A DNA stretch of 32,690 bases from contig CAYMNN010000003.1 of the NCBI GenBank assembly GCA_964391815.1, positions 1 through 32,690 of the forward strand, written 5' to 3'. Both the position numbers and the translations under genes were made by a program. Positions 9,228-17,961 of this stretch are shown here, one piece after another. This stretch comes from an uncultured Candidatus Planktophila sp. (lineage in GTDB: Bacteria; Actinomycetota; Actinomycetes; Nanopelagicales; Nanopelagicaceae). The notes under the pieces are model-generated. The model made no database searches and was not told the DNA's origin. It saw only the letters and a program-made list of their open reading frames with translations. Position 1 is the stretch's first letter, and every line of letters starts with the position of its first letter.

Positions 9228-10840
9228 GATAACAATTCCTTCAGCGGTGGTCGTAGTTGATCCAAAACTACCTGAGCAGCCTTGGAATCCCTTTCAATTG
9301 CCTCAATGTAACACTTCATTTTTGCTTCGGTACCGCTTGGGCGAATGATGATTCGCACTCCACCATCTAGCCAGATTCGAATTCCATCAGTTGGTGGCAA
9401 GCCATCGGTGGGTTTTGCTAAATCATCGATTGAAGTAACTGATCTTCCAGCAATCTCTTTGGGTGGATTGCTGCGCAAGCCTCCGAGGATGACACCAATC
9501 TTAGAAAGATCACTGAGGCGAATTGAGATTTGTTCAGTTGCATGAAAACCATGCCGTGCCCACACTTCATCAAGCAAATCAAGAATGGTTTTACCTTCAG
9601 CTGCTAGATCTGTTGCAATTTGAGCCAAAGTAATGGCGGCTGAAATTCCATCTTTATCGTTGACCGTCATTGCATCTACTGCATATCCGAGAGCTTCTTC
9701 GTAACCAAAGGTTAGGTTCTCTATTTTTGCCAGCCACTTAAAGCCGGTCAAAGTTTCCTTGAAATCAAGCGTGTAATGGGCAGCAATTTTTCGAACAATA
9801 GATGATGAAACAATAGAGTTAGCAAAAATTCCTGAATCGATTTTGCGAGCAATTGATTCGGCAAATATCGCGCCTAACTCATCTCCGCGTAGCATTCGCC
9901 ACCCAGTTGCTGGATCATTGATTGCAGCTGCGCATCGATCAGCATCAGGATCATTGGCTATAACTAAGTGAGCATCAAATGCTTTTGCAGTTTCAAGTGC
10001 CAAATCAATTGCACCCGGTTCTTCAGGGTTTGGAAAAGCTACCGTAGGAAAATCAGGATCTGGCGCAGCTTGTGCTTGCACCAAGATGGGTGACTGAAAT
10101 CCTGCTTTGTGAAAAACTCGCTGGATTGTTTCAGTACCGACACCATGCATAGCGGTGTAAACAATTCGCAAAGATCCAGGCTTTGCTGCCAATGCCGCAG
10201 TTCGATCTATGTACTGCTCGACAATTTCCTCGCCCAACAGCTCCCACACTTTTCCGCGCGGTTGTGATTTCAAAGATGTAATTGCAGCAATCTTTGCTGC
10301 AATAGCTTCATCTGTTGGTGAAACGATTTGAGATCCTCGGTAATGGATTCCATCAACAGTTCCACCGAGATAGACCTTGTAGCCATTGTCCTGTGGTGGG
10401 TTATGACTAGCGGTAACCATGATTCCGACATCGCACTGAAGTTCATTTGTTGCATAAGCTAAAACTGGTGTTGGTAGTGGGCGAGGTAAGACAAAAACCT
10501 TCATACCGGCACCGCTCATTATTTCCGCGGTTTCAAAGGTGAAATCTTCAGAGCCATATCGAGCATCGCGGCCAATTACCACCGAAGTTAAATTACGCTC
10601 TTTCATGTAAGCCACAATGCCAGTGGCAGCGCGACCAACAACCGCGCGATTCATTCCAGATGGCCCAGGTCTAACCGGTCCACGCAGTCCCGCGGTGCCA
10701 AATTGTAGAAAACCATTAAAGGATGCACGCAATTCAGTTTCATTACCGGCATCAAGCCATTGCTGTAATTGTGCAGCGGTTACTGGATCTGGATCATCAG
10801 CAATCCAAGCTTTGACTTCCTGCTCCAGTACGTGATCCAT
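9224..10840 (-). CDS. Phospho-sugar mutase (alpha-D-phosphohexomutase family; probable phosphopentomutase role)
   Basis: FGTAGLRG, TASHNP, DPDADR, GYEEALG and RPSGTE motifs. Start reassigned to ATG 10840 (MDHVLEQ), after the PNP stop and 6 nt downstream of TACTCT. Confidence 0.92.
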   Translation of the reverse strand: MDHVLEQEVKAWIADDPDPVTAAQLQQWLDAGNETELRASFNGFLQFGTAGLRGPVRPGPSGMNRAVVGRAATGIVAYMKERNLTSVVIGRDARYGSEDFTFETAEIMSGAGMKVFVLPRPLPTPVLAYATNELQCDVGIMVTASHNPPQDNGYKVYLGGTVDGIHYRGSQIVSPTDEAIAAKIAAITSLKSQPRGKVWELLGEEIVEQYIDRTAALAAKPGSLRIVYTAMHGVGTETIQRVFHKAGFQSPILVQAQAAPDPDFPTVAFPNPEEPGAIDLALETAKAFDAHLVIANDPDADRCAAAINDPATGWRMLRGDELGAIFAESIARKIDSGIFANSIVSSSIVRKIAAHYTLDFKETLTGFKWLAKIENLTFGYEEALGYAVDAMTVNDKDGISAAITLAQIATDLAAEGKTILDLLDEVWARHGFHATEQISIRLSDLSKIGVILGGLRSNPPKEIAGRSVTSIDDLAKPTDGLPPTDGIRIWLDGGVRIIIRPSGTEAKMKCYIEAIERDSKAAQVVLDQLRPPLKELLS

Positions 10841-10844
10841 GTGC

Positions 10845-11675
10845 TTAGAGTAACTTCGGAATAACACCTTTGAGAAGTGCGCCCATACGATCTGCCGCGG
10901 CTTTACCGGCTGCAATTACCTCTTCATGGTTAAGTTTTTCACCAGTTACTCCAGCTGCAGCATTTGTGACTAGAGAAATTCCGAGAACTTCAGCACCTAA
11001 TGCGTGTGCTGCGATCGCTTCTGGAACTGTAGACATTCCAACTAGATCAGCACCCATTGTTCGCATCATTAAAATTTCAGCAGGAGTTTCATAAGTTGGA
11101 CCGCGCCAATGTACGTAAACACCTTCTTGTAGAGATGAATCTTCTTTCTTTACGATTTCGCGAATTCGCTTGCTATAGAGATCCGTAAGATCAACAAATG
11201 TTGCACCTGAAAGAGGTGAAACTGCCGTCAATGAGATGTGATCGCGAATCAATACAGGCTGTCCGACTGTGTATGAAGTGTTGATTCCTCCACATGCATT
11301 AGTCAAGATAACTACTTTGCAGCCAGCTTTAACTGCGGTACGAACACTATGAACTACAGGCTCAATTCCTTTGCCTTCATAAAGGTGGGTTCTACCTAGA
11401 AAAACTAAAGCTCGTAATTTCTTTCCATTGCTTTCGATTTCGTATGAGCGAACCTTGCCTGAATGACCTTCGACAGCAGGAGCGAAAAAACCAGTGAACT
11501 CTTCAGCGTTGCATTCAAAAACTGGTGTTCCTAGTGCATCTACTGCACTGACCCAACCCGATCCCATAACGAGTGCAACATCGTGCTGAGCAATTCCGGT
11601 CTTTGCCGCAATTTCAGCTGCAGCTTTTTCAGCTGCTGCCAGTGGGTCTTTGTAAAGAAGTTCGGTCTGTGTCAT
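10845..11675 (-). CDS. punA: Purine-nucleoside phosphorylase (trimeric PNP type)
   Basis: MGSG, GRTHLYEG, TNACGG, GPTYET, GMSTVPE and VTNAAAG motifs. Confidence 0.94.
   Translation of the reverse strand: MTQTELLYKDPLAAAEKAAAEIAAKTGIAQHDVALVMGSGWVSAVDALGTPVFECNAEEFTGFFAPAVEGHSGKVRSYEIESNGKKLRALVFLGRTHLYEGKGIEPVVHSVRTAVKAGCKVVILTNACGGINTSYTVGQPVLIRDHISLTAVSPLSGATFVDLTDLYSKRIREIVKKEDSSLQEGVYVHWRGPTYETPAEILMMRTMGADLVGMSTVPEAIAAHALGAEVLGISLVTNAAAGVTGEKLNHEEVIAAGKAAADRMGALLKGVIPKLL
10847..10852 (-). promoter_or_regulatory. Putative -10 element (TACTCT), leaderless start of the phosphomutase gene
   Basis: TANNNT 6 nt upstream of ATG 10840, no SD. Confidence 0.55.
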
Positions 11676-11708
11676 GCGGCAATAATGTCATAAAGGTGGC
11701 AGCCGCGG

Positions 11709-12311
11709 TTATTTCATCTGCTTGGCTTCAGGCCAGGAGTACCCGAGGTTTGCAAAAGCCTTGCGAACAAATGGCATAGAGATGCCCACCACATTTGTGT
11801 AATCACCTTCAATGGATGGAATAAAGGCAGAGCTGAAGCCATCTAGAGTAAATCCGCCTGCCACATGTAGAGGTTCTTCAGTTGCAACGTAATCCGCAAT
11901 TTCTTCATCACTCATGTGATCAAAACTGACTCGGGTGGTGACTCGATCAGAAATCTCAATATCTTTTGCGGTATCAATAATGCAGTGTCCAGTGTGCAAT
12001 AACCCAGAATTTCCTCGAACTCGCTTTGCACGCTCGGTTGCAATTTCTGGCGTTCCTGGCTTACCCAAAGATTTTCCATCAAATTCAAATGTCGAATCAC
12101 AACCGATAATGATTGCTGGAAAATCGATTTGCTCGCGAACCGTGTGCGCTTTAGTAATTGCTAAAGCGATCACCATATCGGCAGGGGATAGCGAGTTAAA
12201 GAAATCGGTCTCTTCGTCGACATGACTGACAATTATCTTTGGGGAAAGCCCGGCGGACTCTAATAAACGGCGACGGCTCGTTGATTGAGATGCTAAAACA
12301 ATTGTTGTCAT
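11709..12311 (-). CDS. maf: Maf family nucleoside-triphosphate pyrophosphatase
   Basis: IVLASQSTSRR, GCDS, GKP, AGGF and EGDYTNVVG motifs. Start reassigned to ATG 12311 (MTTIVLAS). Confidence 0.92.
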   Translation of the reverse strand: MTTIVLASQSTSRRRLLESAGLSPKIIVSHVDEETDFFNSLSPADMVIALAITKAHTVREQIDFPAIIIGCDSTFEFDGKSLGKPGTPEIATERAKRVRGNSGLLHTGHCIIDTAKDIEISDRVTTRVSFDHMSDEEIADYVATEEPLHVAGGFTLDGFSSAFIPSIEGDYTNVVGISMPFVRKAFANLGYSWPEAKQMK

Positions 12312-12379
12312 GGATATCAAACTCTCTAGTTCTGCATTTAAAGTGACCTTCAGTACAGCGCTAACACTATCGTTACATC

Positions 12380-12385
12380 TACGAT
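12380..12385 (+). promoter_or_regulatory. Putative -10 element (TACGAT), leaderless start of the PurK-like gene
   Basis: TANNNT 6 nt upstream of GTG 12392. Confidence 0.6.
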
Positions 12386-12391
12386 AGGCGC

Positions 12392-13258
12392 GTGAGAAAA
12401 ACCTTTCCAACTGTTGGCGTTGTCTCTGATGGGCCCACGTTCAGGATGTTCTTGTCTCCAGCTAGCGCCTTGGGTGTCGAGCTGATCCATTGTGATTCAA
12501 AAGCTGCAGTTCAAAGTATCGCCGCACAATGTGATGTTGTTACTGTCGTGACCACATCAGATTTTCCAGCAATTGCTCAAAGATTAGTGACAGCTGGCAT
12601 GACTGTGCGTCCATCAATTTCTGCATACTCTTATTCAAAGGACAGTTTGGGTGCAAAGCCAGTAAAGGGCGCACAGTTTTGTGTGATGGTTGCACGGTCA
12701 CCACATGGACAGGCAACGAGCTGGGCACCTTCTGAAATCATTACGACTGATAACAGGTGGACAATGAGCATTACTCCAGCACCTCATTTGTCTGATGCAT
12801 TGCAAGAAAAAGCTCAACAACTAGCTCTTGATTTTTCTGCAGCAGCTGGTGCGGTAGGAGTAATTGCAGTTGAGATGTCGGTTAAAGATGATGAATTGTT
12901 TATAGTAAATGTTGAAATGCACCCAAATAGCTCGGGTAATTGGACTATTGATGGATCAGTCACAAGTCAGTATGAACAACACCTGCGTGCAATATTGGAT
13001 TTACCTTTAGGGGACCCAGCCATGTCTGCGCAATTTGTTGTGACTGGAAATTTTTACTGTGGCGAAAAACCCGATATGTACCGACCTTATCTACATCTTA
13101 TGGCTCGTACACCTGCGCTTAAGTTCCATCAATACAAGAATTCATCCACGCCAGGTGAATTAATGGGGCACATCACTATTGCCGGAAGTAATCTGACCAA
13201 ACTAATTGAAGAAATAGAGCATGCACTTGAATACATGCATGGTGAAATTGACGAATAA
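12392..13258 (+). CDS. Degenerate PurK-like ATP-grasp protein (internally deleted)
   Basis: GVIAVEM, SGNWTIDGSVTSQYEQHLRAILDLPLG, KFHQY and MGHITI match the PurK C-terminal half. It is only 288 aa and the central ATP-binding region is missing. Confidence 0.8.
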   Translation: MRKTFPTVGVVSDGPTFRMFLSPASALGVELIHCDSKAAVQSIAAQCDVVTVVTTSDFPAIAQRLVTAGMTVRPSISAYSYSKDSLGAKPVKGAQFCVMVARSPHGQATSWAPSEIITTDNRWTMSITPAPHLSDALQEKAQQLALDFSAAAGAVGVIAVEMSVKDDELFIVNVEMHPNSSGNWTIDGSVTSQYEQHLRAILDLPLGDPAMSAQFVVTGNFYCGEKPDMYRPYLHLMARTPALKFHQYKNSSTPGELMGHITIAGSNLTKLIEEIEHALEYMHGEIDE

Positions 13259-13262
13259 AGTT

Positions 13263-13658
13263 CTAACGTGCCCGGTATTCGATCGCTGGGCAACGATCCA
13301 TGACTGTTAACAAACCTGCTGCTTGTGCTCGCGCAATAGCTTCGTCATCAATTACATCAAGCTGAAGCCAGACAGCTTTTGCTCCGATTGCGATTGCTTC
13401 ATCAACGACCGAGCCAACTAGTTGAGAATTCACAAAACAATCAACAACATCTACTTCAACTGGAATTTCCGAAAGTGTTGTGTAGGCAGTTTCTCCGTGA
13501 ACGGTTTCAGCTTTTGGATGCACCGGAATTATTTGATGCCCTTTATCCTGCAAAAGTCGAGCAACTCCAAAAGCTGCTCTTTCAGGGTTATTGCTCAGTC
13601 CAACCACGGCCCATGTCTTAAGTGACAGGACCGCATCAATTGTTTCTTTGGAATTAAT
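13263..13658 (-). CDS. CoA-binding protein (YccU/CoA_binding_2 family); start uncertain (ATT 13658 proposed, ORF track GTG 13607)
   Basis: WAVVGLSNNPER, PVHP, VDVVDCF, AVWLQL and MDRC motifs. The frame stays open upstream as INSKETIDAVLSLKTWA. Confidence 0.85.
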   Translation of the reverse strand: MNSKETIDAVLSLKTWAVVGLSNNPERAAFGVARLLQDKGHQIIPVHPKAETVHGETAYTTLSEIPVEVDVVDCFVNSQLVGSVVDEAIAIGAKAVWLQLDVIDDEAIARAQAAGLLTVMDRCPAIEYRAR

Positions 13659-14964
13659 CGGTACGACCTAAAGCGTGGAATTTCCAACCAGCTTTTCGCC
13701 ACAAGGTGCGATCCAACATATTGCGGCCATCAATGATGATCTTTGACTTAACAAGAGAAGCAATTGCCGCTGGATCGATCTGGCGGTATTCCTTCCACTC
13801 AGTTAAATGCAAAATCAAGTCAGCATCTTTAAGCGCATCTGTAACTACCTCTTGGTATTGCAGATTTGGAAAACGCTTGCGTGCAGGCTCGATACCTTGT
13901 GGGTCATGGACAACAACAATTGCCCCTGCTGCTTGCAACTGAGCCGCAATATCAAGTGCTGGGGAATCACGCACATCATCACTGTCGGGCTTGAAAGTCG
14001 CACCTAATACAGCGATTTTGTACTTGGTTAAATCTTCTGAAAGCTCTCCGCGCACAACATCGATAACGCGTTGGCGCGCACGCAAGTTAATTGCATCGAT
14101 CTCACGCAAGAATTCCAGCGCTTGCTTAGCGCCAAGTTCTTCAGCTCGAGCCATAAATGCACGAATATCCTTAGGAAGACAGCCGCCACCAAAACCAATA
14201 CCGGCTTGTAAGAAGCGATTACCAATACGTGGGTCATAACCAATAGCTTTTGCTAAGACGGTGACATCTCCGCCTGCAGCTTCGCAGACTTCAGCCATGG
14301 CGTTGATAAATGAAATCTTTGTTGCAAGAAATGAATTAGCAGCAACTTTTACTAATTCTGAAGTTGGTAGATCTGCACGGATCCATGGAGTGCCAAGAGC
14401 AATCACAGGCTCATAAACCTCTTTGAGAATTTCTTCTGCGCGATCATTTGCCACACCAACAACCAAGCGGTTAGGGGTCAAAGTATCTTCAACTGCGAAA
14501 CCTTCACGAAGGAACTCTGGGTTCCATGCTAAATCCGCTTGTGGTGCAATCTTTGCTAGTTCTTCGCGCAAACCTTGCGCGGTACCAACTGGGACAGTTG
14601 ATTTACCAACAACTAGAGATCCATCCTTAAGATGTGGGGCGATCGCTGCAACAGCAGATTTCACATATGTAAGGTCAGCCGCCAGTCCATCTTTGCTTTG
14701 AGGAGTTCCAACGCAAACAAAGTGGACATCTGCATCTTTAACTGCAGAGAAATCTGTGGTGAAAGACAGTCGCCCAGTTTTCATCTCTTGTTCAAGCAAG
14801 GTATCCAACCCAGGCTCGTAAAATGGCAACTTTCCACTTTGCAGAAGGGCAACCTTTTCAGGATCTGTATCCACGCCAACAACAGTAAAACCTAAAGAAG
14901 ACATGCATGCAGCGTGGGTGGCTCCCAAATATCCGCAGCCAACAACCGAGAGAGTTAGAGTCAT
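13654..14964 (-). CDS. ugd: UDP-glucose 6-dehydrogenase
   Basis: GCGYLG, CVGTP, KSTVPVGT, NPEFLREG, GFGGGCLPKD and FKPDSDDVRDSP motifs. Confidence 0.94.
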   Translation of the reverse strand: MTLTLSVVGCGYLGATHAACMSSLGFTVVGVDTDPEKVALLQSGKLPFYEPGLDTLLEQEMKTGRLSFTTDFSAVKDADVHFVCVGTPQSKDGLAADLTYVKSAVAAIAPHLKDGSLVVGKSTVPVGTAQGLREELAKIAPQADLAWNPEFLREGFAVEDTLTPNRLVVGVANDRAEEILKEVYEPVIALGTPWIRADLPTSELVKVAANSFLATKISFINAMAEVCEAAGGDVTVLAKAIGYDPRIGNRFLQAGIGFGGGCLPKDIRAFMARAEELGAKQALEFLREIDAINLRARQRVIDVVRGELSEDLTKYKIAVLGATFKPDSDDVRDSPALDIAAQLQAAGAIVVVHDPQGIEPARKRFPNLQYQEVVTDALKDADLILHLTEWKEYRQIDPAAIASLVKSKIIIDGRNMLDRTLWRKAGWKFHALGRTD

Positions 14965-14971
14965 GTCGCAG

Positions 14972-14977
14972 AGTTTA
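14972..14977 (-). promoter_or_regulatory. Putative -10 element (TAAACT) for ugd, overlapping the LCP stop codon
   Basis: TANNNT 7 nt upstream of ATG 14964. Confidence 0.6.
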
Positions 14978-16090
14978 CTTCAGAGCACCGCAAGGATTTT
15001 CATCAGCGGTACGAGTCTTAAATTTATCGATCACAGTTGGCTTAGCTGTTGTTGACGATGATGCTGAAGGAGTCGGGGTTACTTCATCAGTGAGCGGCAA
15101 ATCTTCACGAATTCGATTAAATAGTTCTGGGGCGAGCACTGGATCCCACGTCACTACCGATCCGACTCCTGGAACACGAGCATTAGTGTTTCCCAAAGGA
15201 ATTGTAAGCGTGCGGACATTGCTTGAAGAAAGATTCTTCATCTGCTTTGCAAGGGTTAACAAATCACTCTTATTAAGTTCTGAATCTGTCTTAACAGTTG
15301 CAATCGCTGCGTTAAAGAAATTTACAAGTTTGACTGGATTAAGCAAAACACCAGTGCTTGTAACTTTACGAAGGACGGCGCTCATAAACTGTTGTTGGCG
15401 TTGCATACGTCCGAGATCGCCCATTCCATCAAAGTCACGTGTTCGGACATACTTAAGAGCTTCGACACCATTAAGAGTATGGACGCCTGCAGGAAGTACT
15501 AAGTGGCTACCTGGGTCATCAATATCTCGCTTTGTGCAAACTTCGATTCCACCCAGTGCATCAACCATTCCGGCAAAACCAGCAAAACCAATTTCGATGT
15601 AGTGATCAATGCGAATTCCAGTTTCATTTTCAACTGTTTGAATTAAGAGTGGGGGACCACCAAAGGCGAAAGCTGCGTTAATTTTTCCTTTGGCTGGAGG
15701 AATAATTTTCTCTTTGTTCAATGAAGAAGGGTGTTCTGGAATCGTCACTAAAGAATCGCGGGGAATTGAAATAATCGTTGCTTTGTCGCGCGCTTTAGAA
15801 ATGTGAACAATCAACATAGTGTCAGATCTAGAACCTGCAGCAGTCTTTGTGCTTCCAACACGGAGCAGTTTCATTTGTTCTTTAGTCAGACCTTCACGAG
15901 TATCAGAGCCGACTAGTAAATAGTTAAGCGCTTTGTTTGGCTTATCTGGACGGTCGGTTATTGATCCGAAAGCGTCGATGCGGTCGATTGCGCCGCTGAT
16001 CTGTCCCAGACCTAGCCATGAGAAGGCGGAAATCAGAACTACTCCCACAGATAGTGAGGTAATAATCCGAATTGCCCGCGTTGATTTCAC
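14975..16090 (-). CDS. LCP (LytR-CpsA-Psr) family glycopolymer transferase
   Basis: N-terminal TM helix, then LLVGSDTR, RSDT, SIPRD, KINAA, YVRTR and DLGRMQRQQ motifs. Confidence 0.93.
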   Translation of the reverse strand: MKSTRAIRIITSLSVGVVLISAFSWLGLGQISGAIDRIDAFGSITDRPDKPNKALNYLLVGSDTREGLTKEQMKLLRVGSTKTAAGSRSDTMLIVHISKARDKATIISIPRDSLVTIPEHPSSLNKEKIIPPAKGKINAAFAFGGPPLLIQTVENETGIRIDHYIEIGFAGFAGMVDALGGIEVCTKRDIDDPGSHLVLPAGVHTLNGVEALKYVRTRDFDGMGDLGRMQRQQQFMSAVLRKVTSTGVLLNPVKLVNFFNAAIATVKTDSELNKSDLLTLAKQMKNLSSSNVRTLTIPLGNTNARVPGVGSVVTWDPVLAPELFNRIREDLPLTDEVTPTPSASSSTTAKPTVIDKFKTRTADENPCGALK

Positions 16091-16096
16091 TGTCAG

Positions 16097-16102
16097 AGAG
16101 TA
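16097..16102 (-). promoter_or_regulatory. Putative -10 element (TACTCT), leaderless start of the LCP gene
   Basis: TANNNT 6 nt upstream of GTG 16090. Confidence 0.55.
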
Positions 16103-16126
16103 CTTGAGCGATAGCGTGTACGCGTT

Positions 16127-17137
16127 ATGTCGACATCAGCGAACACGTTATATGGCTCACCGAAGCGAGAAATCTCGGTCATCCTGCCTGTCCTGAACGA
16201 GGAAAAGTATCTCGAAGATTCGGTGAATTCGATCTTGTCGCAGAGTTTTTCTGGAGCTATCGAAGTAATTCTTGCGGTTGGTCCTTCGCAGGATGACACG
16301 ATGAAAATCGCCAAATCGATGCAATCGAGAGACTCTCGCGTTGTCGTTGTGGAAAATCCAACTGGCAAAACAGCTGCAGGCTTAAACCTTGCAATTGCTG
16401 CAGCTCGATATTCAATCATCGTTCGAGTTGATGGACATTCTCAGATTCCAGTTGATTATTGTGAAACTGCCTTTCAAGTTCTTAGTCAAACAGGTGCTGT
16501 AAATGTTGGCGGGATCATGGCAGCCGAAGGCGTTTCCCTTTTTGAACGAGGTGTCGCAAGGGCAATGCGCAGTCCTCTTGGGGTCGGCGCATCTAAGTTT
16601 CACACTGGTGGAATTGCGGGTGAATCTGACACCGTCTACTTAGGGTGCTTTAGAAAAGAAGCATTACTTGCAGTAGGCGGGTTCGATGAAAGATTTATAC
16701 GTGCACAAGATTGGGAACTTAATTTTCGCTTGCGCGAAAAAGGTGGCGTCGTTTACTTTGATCCACGATTGATAGTTACCTACCGTCCACGTTCCACAAT
16801 CAAAGCCCTTGCTAAACAGTATTTCGAATACGGTCGCTGGCGCCGCGTTGTTTCAAGAAGACATCAGGGAAGTATCAACTATCGATATTTAGCTCCACCA
16901 TTTACTGTGATTGCAACATCTTTATCGATTCTTTGTGGGGCGCTGCTTTCGCCAATTTTCTTTATCCCTGCACTTGTTTATTCAGTGTTTATCCTGGGAG
17001 CATCGACAATAATTGGTAAGAGCATGGGTGAGATTCTTTGTTTGCCAACAATTTTGCTCACAATGCACATTTCTTGGGGGCTTGGATTTCTTACTTCGCC
17101 GAAGTCACTAGCCCCTGCGGTAACCTTGCGTCCGTGA
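16127..17137 (+). CDS. Glycosyltransferase family 2 (ExoA-like) with C-terminal TM helices
   Basis: SVILPVLNEE, RVDGH, GGFDE, QDWELNFR and QYFEYGRWR motifs, with a hydrophobic C-terminus. Confidence 0.92.
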   Translation: MSTSANTLYGSPKREISVILPVLNEEKYLEDSVNSILSQSFSGAIEVILAVGPSQDDTMKIAKSMQSRDSRVVVVENPTGKTAAGLNLAIAAARYSIIVRVDGHSQIPVDYCETAFQVLSQTGAVNVGGIMAAEGVSLFERGVARAMRSPLGVGASKFHTGGIAGESDTVYLGCFRKEALLAVGGFDERFIRAQDWELNFRLREKGGVVYFDPRLIVTYRPRSTIKALAKQYFEYGRWRRVVSRRHQGSINYRYLAPPFTVIATSLSILCGALLSPIFFIPALVYSVFILGASTIIGKSMGEILCLPTILLTMHISWGLGFLTSPKSLAPAVTLRP

Positions 17138-17961
17138 GTACCCCATTGCAGGTTTATGAGCCATTTAGAGCTGGCCTACCTAAACTCGGGAAATACTGGA
17201 AATCACTGTGGTCCCGTAGAACATTTATCTCCGAGTACTCCAAATCTGAACTTCGCGAACAGCACTTTGATTCGGTTTTTGGGCAGTTGTGGCTTGTCCT
17301 AAATCCACTATTGCTTTCAGGCGTCTACTTTATTTTGATCGTGATCATCGGTGGAACAACAGATGGTTCGCGCTATGTGCACTTAACTGCAAGTCTTTTC
17401 CTTTTTTACTTAGTTGCTAATTCATTAACTGGCGGCGTTAAATCAATTACCGCTGGACAGCGACTAATTTTGAATACAGCATTTCCACGAATCATGTTGC
17501 CAATTTCTGCGGTAGTAATTGCTATCTTTAAGTTTGTTCCAACATTAATTGTCTTTTTAGTCATTAAAGCAATTATGGGTTCACCATTTACCATTGAAAT
17601 GTTGTGGGCTATTCCGGTCCTGTTGATTACCGTTTTTCTTGCACTAGGACTTGCAATCACAATTTCTTGCATCAATGTCTACTTCAGAGATATCGCAAGC
17701 TTCTTGCCGTATCTAACGAGAACGCTTCTTTATTTATCTCCAATCTTGTACGAAGCATCTGCATTAAATCCAAGCTTGAAGGCGCTAGAGATTGTTAACC
17801 CACTGTTTCCAATTTTGGATTCTTGGTCACGTGCTTTAGTCCAGGGTGAAGTTCCTCAAACCTCAAGCATGCTTCAGGGATTAGCCTGGGCAACAGGAAT
17901 CTTCTTTATTGGTACCTACTTCTTCTTATCTAGGGAGCGTGAGTTCGCTGTCCGCCTCTAA
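17134..17961 (+). CDS. Polysaccharide/teichoic-acid ABC exporter permease (Wzm/TagG family)
   Basis: SVFGQLWLVLNPLL, FPRIMLP, YFRD, YLSPILY and NP motifs with about six TM segments. GTG 17134 overlaps the GT2 stop (GTGA) and lies 7 nt after TAACCT. Confidence 0.9.
   Translation: MSTPLQVYEPFRAGLPKLGKYWKSLWSRRTFISEYSKSELREQHFDSVFGQLWLVLNPLLLSGVYFILIVIIGGTTDGSRYVHLTASLFLFYLVANSLTGGVKSITAGQRLILNTAFPRIMLPISAVVIAIFKFVPTLIVFLVIKAIMGSPFTIEMLWAIPVLLITVFLALGLAITISCINVYFRDIASFLPYLTRTLLYLSPILYEASALNPSLKALEIVNPLFPILDSWSRALVQGEVPQTSSMLQGLAWATGIFFIGTYFFLSREREFAVRL

Noticed and set aside
10841-10915. ORF-track N-terminal extensions (also 8269-8280, 12312-12410, 17038-17133, 18708-18728, 20850-20903, 30515-30562)
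   Set aside because: They overlap neighbouring genes or promoters and lack family similarity. Downstream starts fit SD, leaderless or stop-start overlap signals better.
14907-15602. 231-aa plus-strand ORF
   Set aside because: Antisense shadow of the LCP gene, Ser/Thr/Arg-rich with no recognisable motifs.
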